From positions 24,304,001 through 24,368,000 of the forward strand of contig OZ024747.1 in assembly GCA_964016885.1 (NCBI GenBank): 64,000 bases of DNA, in the 5' to 3' direction. The position numbers and the translations under genes were made by a program. Source of the DNA: Eledone cirrhosa (lineage: Eukaryota). Within the stretch, counting starts at the first letter, position 1; each line of letters opens with the position of its first letter. Positions 26,340 to 39,930 of the stretch are shown here, in pieces. The notes beneath the pieces were generated by a model. The model was not told the origin of the DNA, ran no database searches, and saw only the letters and a program-made list of their open reading frames with translations.

Positions 26340-26760
26340 ACTGACCTCAAGCTTAACTCACCAATAGCCAACTTCAAGTGTAACTCACCATCGGTTAACT
26401 GACCTTCACTCAAATCAATGTTTAACTTATCATTCACTAACTGACCTCCACTCAAAACATAAGTGTAATTCACTATTAATTAGTTGACTTCCACAACCTC
26501 CATCCAAAAGATAAGTGTAACTCACCATTAGCTAACTGACTTGCACTCAGAATATAAGTGTAACTCACCATTAGCTTGGTGACTTCCACTCAGAATAAAG
26601 TGTAACTTACCATTGGTTTGGTAACTTCCACTCAGAATAAAAGTGTAACTTATTAGCTTGGTGACTTCTACTCAGAATATAAGTGTAACTCACCATTGGT
26701 TTGGTGACTTCCACTCAGAATATAAGTGTAACTTACCATTCGCTAACTGATTTCCACTCA
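26340..26760. repeat. ~43-bp tandem repeat containing copies of the exon end and 5' splice site
   Basis: Unit aagtgtaact(c/t)accatt.g.t..tgacttccactcagaatat; the last copy overlaps the exon end at 26737. Confidence 0.9.
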
Positions 26761-26831
26761 TATCATTGTCTCGTAATTGGTTAAAAAATAGTTCATGATT
26801 GTTTTTCACAGAAACATAATACATAACTTTG
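26737..26831 (-). CDS. PDE8: PDE8 exon (95 nt; KVMYYVSVKNNHELFFNQLRDNDMSGNQLAN, end of PAS plus linker)
   Basis: Long pyrimidine tract ending ctattccag; ATG|gtaagt donor; phase 2 to 1 fits both neighbours; GKVMYYVSVK corresponds to the last PAS strand (GKIRHxVSxK-like). Confidence 0.85.
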
Positions 26832-27084
26832 CTGGAATAGAAAGAAAGAAATAAAGAAAAGAGAGATAAGTGAAAGACAAGTGAAGGAAAGAAAGAAAGA
26901 AAGAAAGAAAGATAAATGAAGGAGAATGTTTTAGAATACAACAATAGTTATATGTAATGTCTTCTCAAGGACATGGCAGGAATTGAACAAAAAATATGAT
27001 GGAATAATTTGAGAAAAGAAAAGAGGAAAATAAAGTGAAGCATGAAATAGATAATCCAACAAAATATCCCCAGAAAAACGTCTT

Positions 27085-28415
27085 AAGCCTTTCATTGCCA
27101 TATTTCTAATGAAAACACTGTCTATGTTATTAACCCTTTCATTTCCATATTTCTAATGAAGGACACTGCCTATGTCATTAACCCTTTCATTGCCATATTT
27201 CTAATAAAGGACACTGTCTATGTCATTAACCCTTTCATTGCCATATTTATAATGAAGGACACTGTCTATGTCATTAACCCTTTCATTGCCATATTTCTAA
27301 TGAAGGACACTGCCTATGTCATTAACCCTTTCATTACCATATTTCTAATGAAGGACACTGTCTATGTCATTAACCCTTTCATTGCCATATTTCTAATGAA
27401 GGACACTGTCTATGTCATTAACCCTTTCATTGCCATATTTCTAATGAAGGACACTACCTATTTCATTAACCCTTTCATTACCATATTTCTAATGAAAACA
27501 CTGTCTATGTTATTAACCCTTTCATTTCCATATTTCTAATGAAGGACACTGCCTATGTCATTAACCCTTTCATTGCCATATTTCTAATGAAGGACACTGT
27601 CTATGTCATTAACCCTTTCATTGCCATATTTCTAATGAAGGACACTGTCTATGTCATTAACCCTTTCATTGCCATATTTCTAATGAAGGACACTGCCTAT
27701 GTCATTAACCCTTTCATTACCATATTTCTAATGAAGGACACTGTCTATGTCATTAACCCTTTCATTGCCATATTTCTAATGAAGGACACTGTCTATGTCA
27801 TTAACCCTTTCATTACCATATTTCTAATGAAGGACACTACCTATTTCATTAACCCTTTCATTACCATATTTCTAATGAAGGACACTGTCTATGTCATTAA
27901 CCCTTTCATTGCCATATTTCTAATGAAGGACACTGCCTATGTCATTAACCCTTTCATTACCATATTTCTAATGAAGGACACTGTCTATGTCATTAACCCT
28001 TTCATTGCCATATTTCTAATGAAGGACACTGTCTATGTCATTAACCCTTTCATTACCATATTTCTAATGAAGGACACTGCCTATTTCATTAACCCTTTCA
28101 TTACCATATTTCTAATGAAGGACACTGCCTATGTCATTAACCCTTTCATTGCCATATTTATAATGAAGGACACTGTCTATGTCATTAACCCTTTCATTGC
28201 CATATTTCTAATGAAGGACACTGTCTATGTCATTAACCCTTTCATTGCCATATTTCTAATGAAAGACACTGCCTATGTCATTAACCCTTTCATTGCCATA
28301 TTTCTAATGAAGGACACTGCCTATGTCATTAACCCTTTCATTGCCATATTTCTAATGAAGAACACTACCTATTTCATTAACCCTTTCATTACCATATTTC
28401 TAATGAAGGACCCTG
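27085..28415. repeat. 48-bp minisatellite (~27 copies)
   Basis: Unit atgaaggacactgtctatgtcattaaccctttcattgccatatttcta. Confidence 0.97.
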
Positions 28416-29527
28416 CCCATGGCTTCCAAATAATTCAGAAAATAATGAAACAATCTGGAGGGATTTAAAAATATAACTAATTTTCTCATTATTTAGTTGG
28501 TGTTTGGAACACAACTTAAAGGGTTTTTACATAGAATTATGAAGGAAGGGGTTTTAGATAAATATAAACCCTTTAACACCTTCGTTATCATATTCCAACA
28601 AGCATTGCCTATCATGATTTTCAGATAATTTTGAAACTAATCAAGAATTTATAAAGCTGGATCAAACACAGGTTGTCCTTTGACAGAGTTTTAGCGTTAT
28701 GGTTGTTAAACTCAGCAGGCTTACACTCATTTAGAGGAATAAACCTCTTTGACACAAAAGACCCCATCCCTATATTGAAGGGGGTTAGTATGTAGTAGTT
28801 GCAAAATGTCTTGGATCACCACATCTTCTGCTTCATCAACTCTTATCAAGACATACACATGGGGAGCAGTAGGTGTTAGTATCACCTACTGAAAGATTAA
28901 ATAACACACATACACACATATACACACAATACCAACTTCTTACATGCAAACTCTATTAATCATCATCATCATCATCACCGTTTTATGTCGATTCTTCCAT
29001 GCTAGCATGGGTTAGACGGGTTGTCCTGTTGTGGGCAATGCCAGGTCAGGTGACCATGTCTTGCTCATACAGAACTGATTTTGGCTTGATTTCTACAGTT
29101 GGATGCCCTTCCTAACACCAACCCCATTTACAGTGAGTACTGGGTGCTTTTTTGTCGTGACACCTATAAGACCACTTTGCAGTGGAAGAGGGTGGGGGCA
29201 TATTGTCTATATGCTTCAGCTTCGGCTTGTACCCGTGGGAAGTCGGGCCTTCTGTATTACTGCATAATGCCAGAGGTCTCGGTCATGTGTCATCACCTTT
29301 GACAGGTGCAGGCTTATGATAAGGTTTATGGGTACCTGTATCTAAATCCAAGTTTACATCTAAGAAGTTGCCATTGATAGTTACAGTTACTTTAAGTCTT
29401 AAGTTACTAAAAGTGAGTATGGGACCTGAAGGATAGAAGCATCTCATACTCAATTACTGGAATATTCTGGATATGTAGGAAATAAATAAAGAGGTGTTAA
29501 CTTTGCTTAACCAAAAAATTTAGAATT

Positions 29528-29769
29528 CCACTGTAATGTCCGACCTTTGGTTTCCAGGTTTGTACCCATACACCCATGTCTTATGGTGTTCAGGAAATCA
29601 GGATCTTTGTTGGCAGTGTTAGGTGAAATAAAAATGTGACAAGTGAGTACAAGCTCGCCAAAAAACCATGCATGCATATGAATTTATGTGGCTCAACTCT
29701 GTACACTAGTCCCTCGACTGTCATTACTTCATATGGGAAAAAAATAAAGAGATTTTGACAGACCTTGTA
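29528..29769 (-). mobile_element. Deleted mariner transposon relic
   Basis: Minus strand: TIR-like TACAAGGTCTGTCAAAA, then ANKDPDFLNTI..TWVYGYKP/ETKGRTLQW, resembling the mariner DETWxxxYxPETKxQSxxW motif (frameshifted). Confidence 0.7.
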
Positions 29770-30039
29770 TATATAGACACATACAGAGGGATCATATCTA
29801 CAATCCGTTAGTATCAGTTAGTATCAGTTAGTATCAGTTACTGGAAGATCACACTAACTAACTAATTCCATTACAGCTATGCAGCAAAACATATACTGCA
29901 CCAATGCATCTTTTTGCAGCTGTAAATTTAACATTCTACAACAAACTATATATATCTGAACTTACTACAAACTATATATATCTTAACTTAGCTTTCGTTT
30001 ATAGCACATGGTAGCTGAAATGCCACATATATATATATT

Positions 30040-30076
<37 letters not shown>

Positions 30077-30111
30077 ATGTGTGTATATATGTATATACAT
30101 ATATATATATT

Positions 30112-30148
<37 letters not shown>

Positions 30149-30192
30149 ATATATATGTATGTATATATGTATATAGACATATATATATAGAC

Positions 30193-30230
<38 letters not shown>

Positions 30231-30243
30231 ATATTTATATATA

Positions 30244-30585
30244 TCATTTTTCATTCATTTCATTTTACGTCCACTTTTCCCTGCTTGCAAGGGTGGGACG
30301 GGATCTGATTCTGGCTTGATTTCTACAGCTGGATGCCCTTCCTAACACCAACCTCATTTATAGTGAGTGCTGGGTGCTTTTTTGCCGTGGCACCTCCACA
30401 ACCACTTTGCAGTGGAATGATAGGGACCCCAGTCCCTATCATCTCATTTCTACAGCTGAGTAAACTGGAGCAATGTGAAATAAAGTGTCTTGCTCAAGGA
30501 AACAACACATCACCCGGTCTGAGAATTGAACTCACAACCTTTCGATTGCAAGGCCAATGCTCTAACCACTAAGCCATGTGCCTCC
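30244..30585 (-). mobile_element. SINE family A, full length
   Basis: Near-identical to 3945-4282; embedded in (TA)n. Confidence 0.9.
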
Positions 30586-30587
30586 AT

Positions 30588-30636
<49 letters not shown>

Positions 30637-30639
30637 CAA

Positions 30640-30723
<84 letters not shown>

Positions 30724-32323
30724 ATGTGTATGTATATGTATGTATACATATGTATATATATATATATATATCTATATATATTTATGTATATACAGACAGC
30801 TGACTGAAAATACACAGGCTTCCTCTCCCATTCCTTTTCCTCTTCTTTCTCTTCTCACTCTCTATGAAAGACTAGTATATGTACCGTTAAAACTCTTTTC
30901 ATACTATATCAAGCGTTAAACTAAATATTGTACTGTATTGTTTGCTATGTTTTTCTGTTTACTTTTCACACATTCAGTACACTCTGTAAAGTGGTTGGTG
31001 ATAGGAAGGGAATCCAGCAATAGAAAACTTGCCAAACAAAGTGCCATGAGGACATTTCAGTTGTGTCATAGACATGATAATGTATTAGTGTTGGTTATCT
31101 ACACAATGAATTCACCCAGTACATTCTGTAGAGTGGTTAGTGATAGGAAGGTCATCTAGTTGTAGAGGGCATGAGAGGAAAGGAAGGAAAGAATTTGAGA
31201 GAAGAAGAAAGAAGGAAGGGAGAAATGATGGGAAATAACAGGTAGGGGAAGGGATATAATGCCAAGCAGAAAAACGAATAAAGTAAAGTAAAATAAAACA
31301 AACTAAAATGATGAGGTGAAATCTCTTCATCATCATCATCATCATCATCATACACACATATATATATATATATAGCAAGCATTTTATATATATATATAAA
31401 TATATATATATAAATATTTATATATATTTATATATATATAAAACACTTGCTACACCTAAAAGTGGTTGTGTTGGCAACATGACAAAAAGCACCCAGCCCA
31501 CACTGTAAGGTGGTTGTGTAGGTGTCATGAAAAAAAAGCACCCAGCCCACACTGTAAAGTTGTTGTGTAGGTGACATGAAAAAAAGCACTCAGCCCACAC
31601 TGTAAGGTGGTTGTGTAGGTGTCATGAAAAAAGCACCCAGTCCACACTGTAAATATGGTTGGCATTAGGAAGGGCATCCAGCCATAGAAACCAAGCCAAA
31701 ATCAGTTGTGTGTGAGCAAATCATGGCCCTCCGACCTGGATCTCTCACAATAGGACAGCCTGTCCTACCCATGCTAGCATGGAAAATGGACGTTAAATGA
31801 TGATGATGATATATTGGTTAGAAATCAGCATTTACTTGTATTTAATGTCACCATTGCTCTAACTTTTATTCTAAGATTGAGCACACTTTTTGTTATTAAT
31901 TAGAGAAGTTTGTAGTTTAATTATTTTGCCAAAGATAAGATGGTCAAGATTTTTTAACGATCTGCCAGACAGGTAAGATGACAATGGAATCGACAGCAGA
32001 CAAAAGATTTAGAATCAATCTTACGAAGATCAGAATGTAAGACAGCCAACTTAAAATGTCAATGTATGTTGATAAATGGTGGTGGAGGTTGGGTGTTGAT
32101 GTTAGAGGATGATGGTGATAGATAGAAGAGTGTGGTACTGTTGTTGGACTATGAAGTGTTAGTAACTGGTTATGGGGTGGTGGGAATGATGTTTGTTAGA
32201 TGAAACAGCAGTAGTCAAATAGTTATATACATGTGTAACATACACACATGCTGAAATCTCATACACACACACACACGAATATATATATACATACATACAA
32301 AACACAAATAAAACATATGTATG

Positions 32324-32371
<48 letters not shown>

Positions 32372-32397
32372 TATATATATATATATTATATATATAT

Positions 32398-32487
<90 letters not shown>

Positions 32488-32488
<1 letters not shown>

Positions 32489-33183
32489 GTGAACGGCAAA
32501 GCATAAACGAACTAAGGAAAAAATTAGAGATAAGAGGGATCAGATGTTGTTTACTCGAGAGAAGGCTACGTTGGTATGGACACGTGATGCGCATGAAAGT
32601 CGATAGCTGTATAACAAAGTGCAGGGCAATAAAGATAGACGGTAGTCACGGAATAGGCAGACCTAGAAAAACCTGGGACGAGCTGATAAACTCTGACATC
32701 ACACACTTACACCTCTCCAAGACAATGTCACTGGACCGAGACCTTTGGCGGTACTCAGTAACAGAGAAGACCCGCCTTACCTAAATATATAGTAAAACCT
32801 ACTCCAGCCAGTAGGCATCTCTAACAAAATACACCCCGTCCCACCACCACCACCCCCACCCCATCCACACCACCCCGTTCTATGTAAAGTTATGTTGGTG
32901 CCGCGCCATCGAGGCCGAAACAAATGAGATCGTGTAGGTGTCACGACAAAAAAACACACAGTCCACGCTGTAATGTGGCCGTGTAGGCAACACGGTAAAA
33001 ACCTCCCAGACCCACACTGTAAATGTGGTTGGTGTTAGGAAGGGCATCCAACTGTAGAAAACCTGCCAGACAGTCCTATGCGAGCAAGACAATCACTCTT
33101 GCCTCAAGTGGGACTACCCCCGTCCAAACCCATGCAAGCGTGGAACACGGACGTTAAACGTTGATGATGATGATGATGATGAT
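32488..33183 (+). mobile_element. 5'-truncated RTE-clade LINE: intact ORF C-terminus plus 3' UTR
   Basis: RQSINELRKKLEIRGIRCCLLERRLRWYGHVMRM..GRPRKTW..DRDLWR..TRLT* followed by a UTR carrying 47-bp-type units and a (TGA)n tail. Confidence 0.88.
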
Positions 33184-33278
33184 ATATATATATATACACA
33201 CACACACAAACATACATATGTTTTATTTGTGTGTGTGTATATAAATAAGTACAGTGATGTTGATGATGTGTGTGTATG

Positions 33279-33314
<36 letters not shown>

Positions 33315-34233
33315 GCCTAAGTGCAAAGCGAAACCTACATACACCCCCATCCCACTACCCCCACTCCATCCACACCACCCCTTTCGATGTAAAGTTATGT
33401 TGGTACCACAACATCCAGTTCTAAATAAATGAGGTTGTGTAGGTGTCACGACAAAAAAAAAACACAGTCCACGCTGTAATGTGGCCGTGTAGGTAACACG
33501 GTAAAAACCTCCCAGTTCACACTGTAAACGTCGTTGGTGTTAGGAAGGGCATCCAGCTGTAGAAAACCCGCCAGACAGTCCTATACGAGCAAGACAACCA
33601 ATCTTGCCTCAAGTGGGAAAATTCCCGTCCAAACCCATGCTAGCGTGGAAGAGAGACGTTAAACGATGATGATGATGATATATATATATATTATATATAT
33701 TACATATATATACATTGTCAACCTATCTGGTTCTTAATAATGGAGTTTGTTGCTCTATCTGGTCTGAAATAATATAGTATGTTGCCCTATCTGGTCCATA
33801 ATAGTGCAGCATGATGATATATCTGATCCTTATCAGTATACTATGTTTCCCTATCTAGTCCTTAATAGTGTTGCATGTGATATATCTGGTCCTTAATACT
33901 GCAGCATGTGATATATCTAGTTTTTAACTTGTAACATCTTGCAATGATTTAGTAGAAAATATTTAAAAACAGCTTTGTTAATTCAAATGTTTATAGTACC
34001 TTTACTAGTGGACAAATTATTGTGAAAATTTGCAGTATTAGAGAAGTAACGTTAGCTTTTAATATGATGCAGTCATAATGCTGTTTTGTACTTTAAAAGA
34101 ATGTCTTGCTAAAGTGGTTTTATGTGGTACAGGATGTTAAGAGCTAATATTGTGGTATGTTGACATGTCTGGTCCTTAATATTATGGCATCTGGTTGTTA
34201 AAAGGTTCAGCCAAGGTAATTTAGTCTACTTAC

Positions 34234-34322
34234 CCCAGTGGTCCCAAAACTGGGACAATTCTGCAATGGTGTGGGATACTTCCACCACTCTTCCGACGCA
34301 TGTAGTGTAAACCTTCCCACAA
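34234..34322 (-). CDS. PDE8: PDE8 exon (89 nt; LWEGLHYMRRKSGGSIPHHCRIVPVLGPLG, PAC part of PAS)
   Basis: ttttttattgttccag acceptor and gtaagt donor; WxG...RRKSG.SI...I.PV.G motif; phase 0 to 2. Confidence 0.95.
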
Positions 34323-34519
34323 CTGGAACAATAAAAAAATAAAATAACAAAGATTGATACAATAATTATATACACATACACAGATGTAGCTGCATATCCA
34401 GGAATGATATAGTAATGATACACACACACAGAGAACTGTAGCTGTATGTCTAGGAATGATATAGTAAGGATATATACACACATACATCTGTAGTTGCATG
34501 TCCAGTAATGATATACACA

Positions 34520-36780
34520 CATTTTACTGTAGCTGTATGTCCAGGAATGGTATAGTAATGGTATATTTACATATTACTGTAGCTGTATGTCTAGGAATGG
34601 TATAGTAATGGTATATATACATATTACTGTAGCTGTATGTCTAGGAATGGTATAGTAATGGTATATTTACATATTACTGTAGCTGTATGTCTAGGAATGG
34701 TATAGTAATGGTATATATACATATTACTGTAGCTGTATGTCCAGGAATGGTATAGTAATGGTATATTTACATATTACTGTAGCTGTATGTCTAGGAATGG
34801 TATAGTAATGGTATATTTACATATTACTGTAGCTGTATGTCTAGGAATGGTATAGTAATGGTATATATACATATTACTGTAGCTGTATGTCTAGGAATGG
34901 TATAGTAATGGTATATTTACATATTACTGTAGCTGTATGTCTAGGAATGGTATAGTAATGGTATATATACATATTACTGTAGCTGTATGTCCAGGAATGG
35001 TATAGTAATGGTATATTTACATATTACTGTAGCTGTATGTCCAGGAATGGTATAGTAATGGTATATATACATATTACTGTAGCTGTATGTCCAGGAATGG
35101 TATAGTAATGGTATATATACATTTTACTGTAGCTGTATGTCTAGGAATGGTATAGTAATGGTATATTTACATATTACTGTAGCTGTATGTCTAGGAATGG
35201 TATAGTAATGGTATATATACATATTACTGTAGCTGTATGTCCAGGAATAGTATAGTAATGGTATATTTACATATTACTGTAGCTGTATGTCCAGGAATGG
35301 TATAGTAATGGTATATATACATATTACTGTAGCTGTATGTCCAGGAATGGTATAGTAATGGTATATTTACATATTACTGTAGCTGTATGTCCAGGAATGG
35401 TATAGTAATGATATATATACATATTACTGTAGCTGTATGTCTAGGAATGGTATAGTAATGGTATATTTACATATTACTGTAGCTGTATGTCCAGGAATGG
35501 TATAGTAATGGTATATATACATATTACTGTAGCTGTATGTCTAGGAATGGTATAGTAATGGTATATATACATATTACTGTAGCTGTATGTCCAGGAATGG
35601 TATAGTAATGGTATATTTACATATTACTGTAGCTGTATGTCTAGGAATGGTATAGTAATGGTATATATACATATTACTGTAGCTGTATGTCCAGGAATGG
35701 TATAGTAATGGTATATATACATATTACTGTAGCTGTATGTCTAGGAATGGTATAGTAATGGTATATTTACATATTACTGTAGCTGTATGTCCAGGAATGG
35801 TATAGTAATGGTATATATACATATTACTGTAGCTGTATGTCTAGGAATGGTATAGTAATGGTATGTATACATATTACTGTAGCTGTATGTCCAGGAATGG
35901 TATAGTAATGGTATATATACATATTACTGTAGCTGTATGTCTAGGAATGGTATAGTAATGGTATATATACATATTACTGTAGCTGTATGTCTAGGAATGG
36001 TATAGTAATGGTATGTATACATATTACTGTAGCTGTATGTCTAGGAATGGTATAGTAATGGTATATATACATATTACTGTAGCTGTATGTCCAGGAATGG
36101 TATAGTAATGGTATATATACATATTACTGTAGCTGTATGTCTAGGAATGGTATAGTAATGGTATATATACATATTACTGTAGCTGTATGTCCAGGAATGG
36201 TATAGTAATGGTATATATACATATTACTGTAGCTGTATGTCTAGGAATGGTATAGTAATGGTATGTATACATATTACTGTAGCTGTATGTCTAGGAATGG
36301 TATAGTAATGGTATATATACATATTACTGTAGCTGTATGTCTAGGAATGGTATAGTAATGGTATATATACATATTACTGTAGCTGTATGTCCAGGAATGG
36401 TATAGTAATGGTATATATACATATTACTGTAGCTGTATGTCTAGGAATGGTATAGTAATGGTATATATACATATTACTGTAGCTGTATGTCCAGGAATGG
36501 TATAGTAATGGTATATATACATATTACTGTAGCTGTATGTCTAGGAATGGTATAGTAATGGTATGTATACATATTACTGTAGCTGTATGTCTAGGAATGG
36601 TATAGTAATGGTATATATACATATTACTGTAGCTGTATGTCCAGGAATGGTATAGTAATGGTATATATACATATTACTGTAGCTGTATGTCTAGGAATGG
36701 TATAGTAATGGTATATATACATATTACTGTAGCTGTATGTCTAGGAATGGTATAGTAATGATATATATACATATTTCTTT
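34520..36780. repeat. 50-bp minisatellite (~45 copies)
   Basis: Unit atattactgtagctgtatgtc(t/c)aggaatggtatagtaatggtatat(a/t)tac; degenerate copies extend toward both flanking exons. Confidence 0.97.
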
Positions 36781-37261
36781 AGCTGTAAGCAATAATTGTT
36801 TCTCCTTTTGGCACAAGGCCAGCAATTACCCAGTGCATTACTGGTACTTTATTTTATCGACCCCGTAAGGATGAAAGGCAAAGTTGTAAGCAATAATGAC
36901 ATATATACACATATAACTGAGTATCCAGGAATGATACAGTAATGATATATATACATACAACTACAGTTGTGTGTATGTCCAGGAATGATACAACAATGGC
37001 TTATGATTTAGGCACAAGACCAGCAATTTTTGGGGAGGAAAAAATTGATTAAATCAATCCCAGTGTTTTACTAGTATTTTATTTTATCAATCCTGTAAGG
37101 ATGAAAGGCAAAGCTAAACTAGGCGAGGTTTGAACTCAGAAGGTAAAGGGACGTAACTATATGCTGCCAAGCATATCGTCCAATAAACAAACACATAACT
37201 ATAGCTGCCTGTATGTCCAGAAATGAATGAATGGTTCGAATTAAGGACTGCTAAAACTTAC

Positions 37262-37402
37262 TTTGTCTTTCACCAAATGATTGTTAATAATATCCAGGTG
37301 TTCTGGCTTCACTTTGTCACTTCGAGGAAATTCTTTGGCATTTTTGCCAAGGATTTCATCTGTAGCATAACCTGAGAGTCGTTCATATGCACTGTTGATA
37401 TA
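37262..37402 (-). CDS. PDE8: PDE8 exon (141 nt; YINSAYERLSGYATDEILGKNAKEFPRSDKVKPEHLDIINNHLVKDK, PAS core)
   Basis: tcttgcag acceptor and gtaagt donor; PAS signature Y(V/I)NxA(F/Y)ExxxGYxxxE(L/I)LGK; phase 0 to 0. Confidence 0.95.
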
Positions 37403-37514
37403 CTGCAAGATAGAGTGGTAGAATGGTAATGAAGACATTGCTACACCATGGTCTTGTCTATGATGTCTAAAAACAAACTAAAGAACAATATATAAGTGTG
37501 TGCATGTGTGTATG

Positions 37515-37588
<74 letters not shown>

Positions 37589-37678
37589 GATAGATAGATA
37601 AAAGAGGATTAACACAGTGGGGTTTATTTCTAACATTTACATATGTATGCGATATCTCATATACCTATATATATATAT

Positions 37679-37764
<86 letters not shown>

Positions 37765-38017
37765 AACATGAGAAGAAAGAAGAATACTGCGTGGTTGCAC
37801 ATAGGTTACATATGATAAAAATAGTCCTTCGTCAGTGATTTTCCAACCATCATTGGTATTTCATCGCATTACAATTCAGATACCTCAGGTTGGTGCGAGC
37901 AATAACTAAAAAAAGTTATTGGGACCAGAATTCGCGTAAGGCGAGGGGGACAAGTAAACAACATAGAAGGATAAAAGCAAACCGAAGATAGGAAAATAAA
38001 CAAGCAACATGGTTGTC

Positions 38018-38079
<62 letters not shown>

Positions 38080-38187
38080 GTATAGTTAAAAAGTAAAAGT
38101 GAAAAAGCACAGAAGTATATTTAAAGATTTTTTTTTTCTTAAATCTGACAATGGATAATTTTATAATTGTTGCATTAAATATAACTA

Positions 38188-39930
38188 ACTATGTTAGAGG
38201 TGATACTGTCTAAGCAAGAATATCTCACTTTAATACTATGTTAGAGGTGATACTGTCTAAGCAAGAATATCTCACTTTAATACTATGTTAGAGGTGATAC
38301 TGTCTAAGCAAGAATATCTCACTTTAATACTATGTTAGAGGTGATACTGTCTAAGCAAGAATAGCTCACTTTAATACTATGTTAGAGGTGATACTGTCTA
38401 AGCAAGAATATCTCACTTTAATACTATGTTACAGGTGATACTGTCTAAGCAAGAATATCTCACTTTAATACTATGTTAGAGGTGATACTGTCTAAGCAAG
38501 AATAGCTCACTTTAATACTATGTTAGAGGTGATACTGTCTAAGCAAGAATAGCTCACTTTAATACTATGTTAGAGGTGATACTGTCTAAGTAAGAATATC
38601 TCACTTTAATACTATGTTAGAGGTGATACTGTCTAAGTAAGAATAGCTCACTTTAATACTATGTTAGAGGTGATACTGTCTAAGTAAGAATATCTCACTT
38701 TAATACTATGTTAGAGGTGATACTGTCTAAGCAAGAATATCTCACTTTAATACTATGTTAGAGGTGATACTGTCTAAGTAAGAATATCTCACTTTAATAC
38801 TATGTTAGAGGTGATACTGTCTAAGCAAGAATATCTCACTTTAATACTATGTTAGAGGTGATACTGTCTAAGTAAGAATATCTCACTTTAATACTATGTT
38901 AGAGGTGATACTGTCTAAGCAAGAATAGCTCACTTTAATACTATGTTAGAGGTGATACTGTCTAAGCAAGAATAGCTCACTTTAATACTATGTTAGAGGT
39001 GATACTGTCTAAGCAAGAATAGCTCACTTTAATACTATGTTAGAGGTGATACTGTCTAAGCAAGAATAGCTCACTTTAATACTATGTTAGAGGTGATACT
39101 GTCTAAGTAAGAATATCTCACTTTAATACTATGTTAGAGGTGATACTGTCTAAGCAAGAATATCTCACTTTAATACTATGTTAGAGGTGATACTGTCTAA
39201 GCAAGAATATCTCACTTTAATATTATGTTAGAGGTGATACTGTCTAAGCAAGAATATCTCACTTTAATATTATGTTAGAGGTGATACTGTCTAAGCAAGA
39301 ATATCTCACTTTAATACTATGTTAGAGGTGATACTGTCTAAGCAAGAATAGCTCACTTTAATACTATGTTAGAGGTGATACTGTCTAAGTAAGAATATCT
39401 CACTTTAATACTATGTTAGAGGTGATACTGTCTAAGCAAGAATATCTCACTTTAATACTATGTTAGAGGTGATACTGTCTAAGCAAGAATATCTCACTTT
39501 AATATTATGTTAGAGGTGATACTGTCTAAGCAAGAATATCTCACTTTAATACTATGTTAGAGGTGATACTGTCTAAGCAAGAATATCTCACTTTAATATT
39601 ATGTTAGAGGTGATACTGTCTAAGCAAGAATATCTCACTTTAATACTATGTTAGAGGTGATACTGTCTAAGCAAGAATATCTCACTTTAATACTATGTTA
39701 GAGGTGATACTGTCTAAGCAAGAATATCTCACTTTAATATTATGTTAGAGGTGATACTGTCTAAGCAAGAATATCTCACTTTAATACTATGTTAGAGGTG
39801 ATACTGTCTAAGCAAGAATATCTCACTTTAATACTATGTTAGAGGTGATACTGTCTAAGCAAGAATAGCTCACTTTAATACTATGTTAGAGGTGATACTG
39901 TCTAAGCAAGAATAGCTCACTTTAATACTG
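38188..39930. repeat. 47-bp minisatellite (~37 copies)
   Basis: Unit ttaatactatgttagaggtgatactgtctaagcaagaatatctcact; unrelated in sequence to the array at 1-958. Confidence 0.97.

Noticed and set aside
28857-28888. Possible extra PDE8 micro-exon (ttaatctttcag..gtatgt)
   Set aside because: Its 32-nt length breaks phase, the in-phase variants contain TGA, and exons 34234 and 26831 already join correctly.
37800-37850. CTGACGA motifs here (minus strand) and at ~62363 (plus strand) as further hammerheads
   Set aside because: No correctly placed GAAA, or no stem I/III pairing; at most decayed relics.
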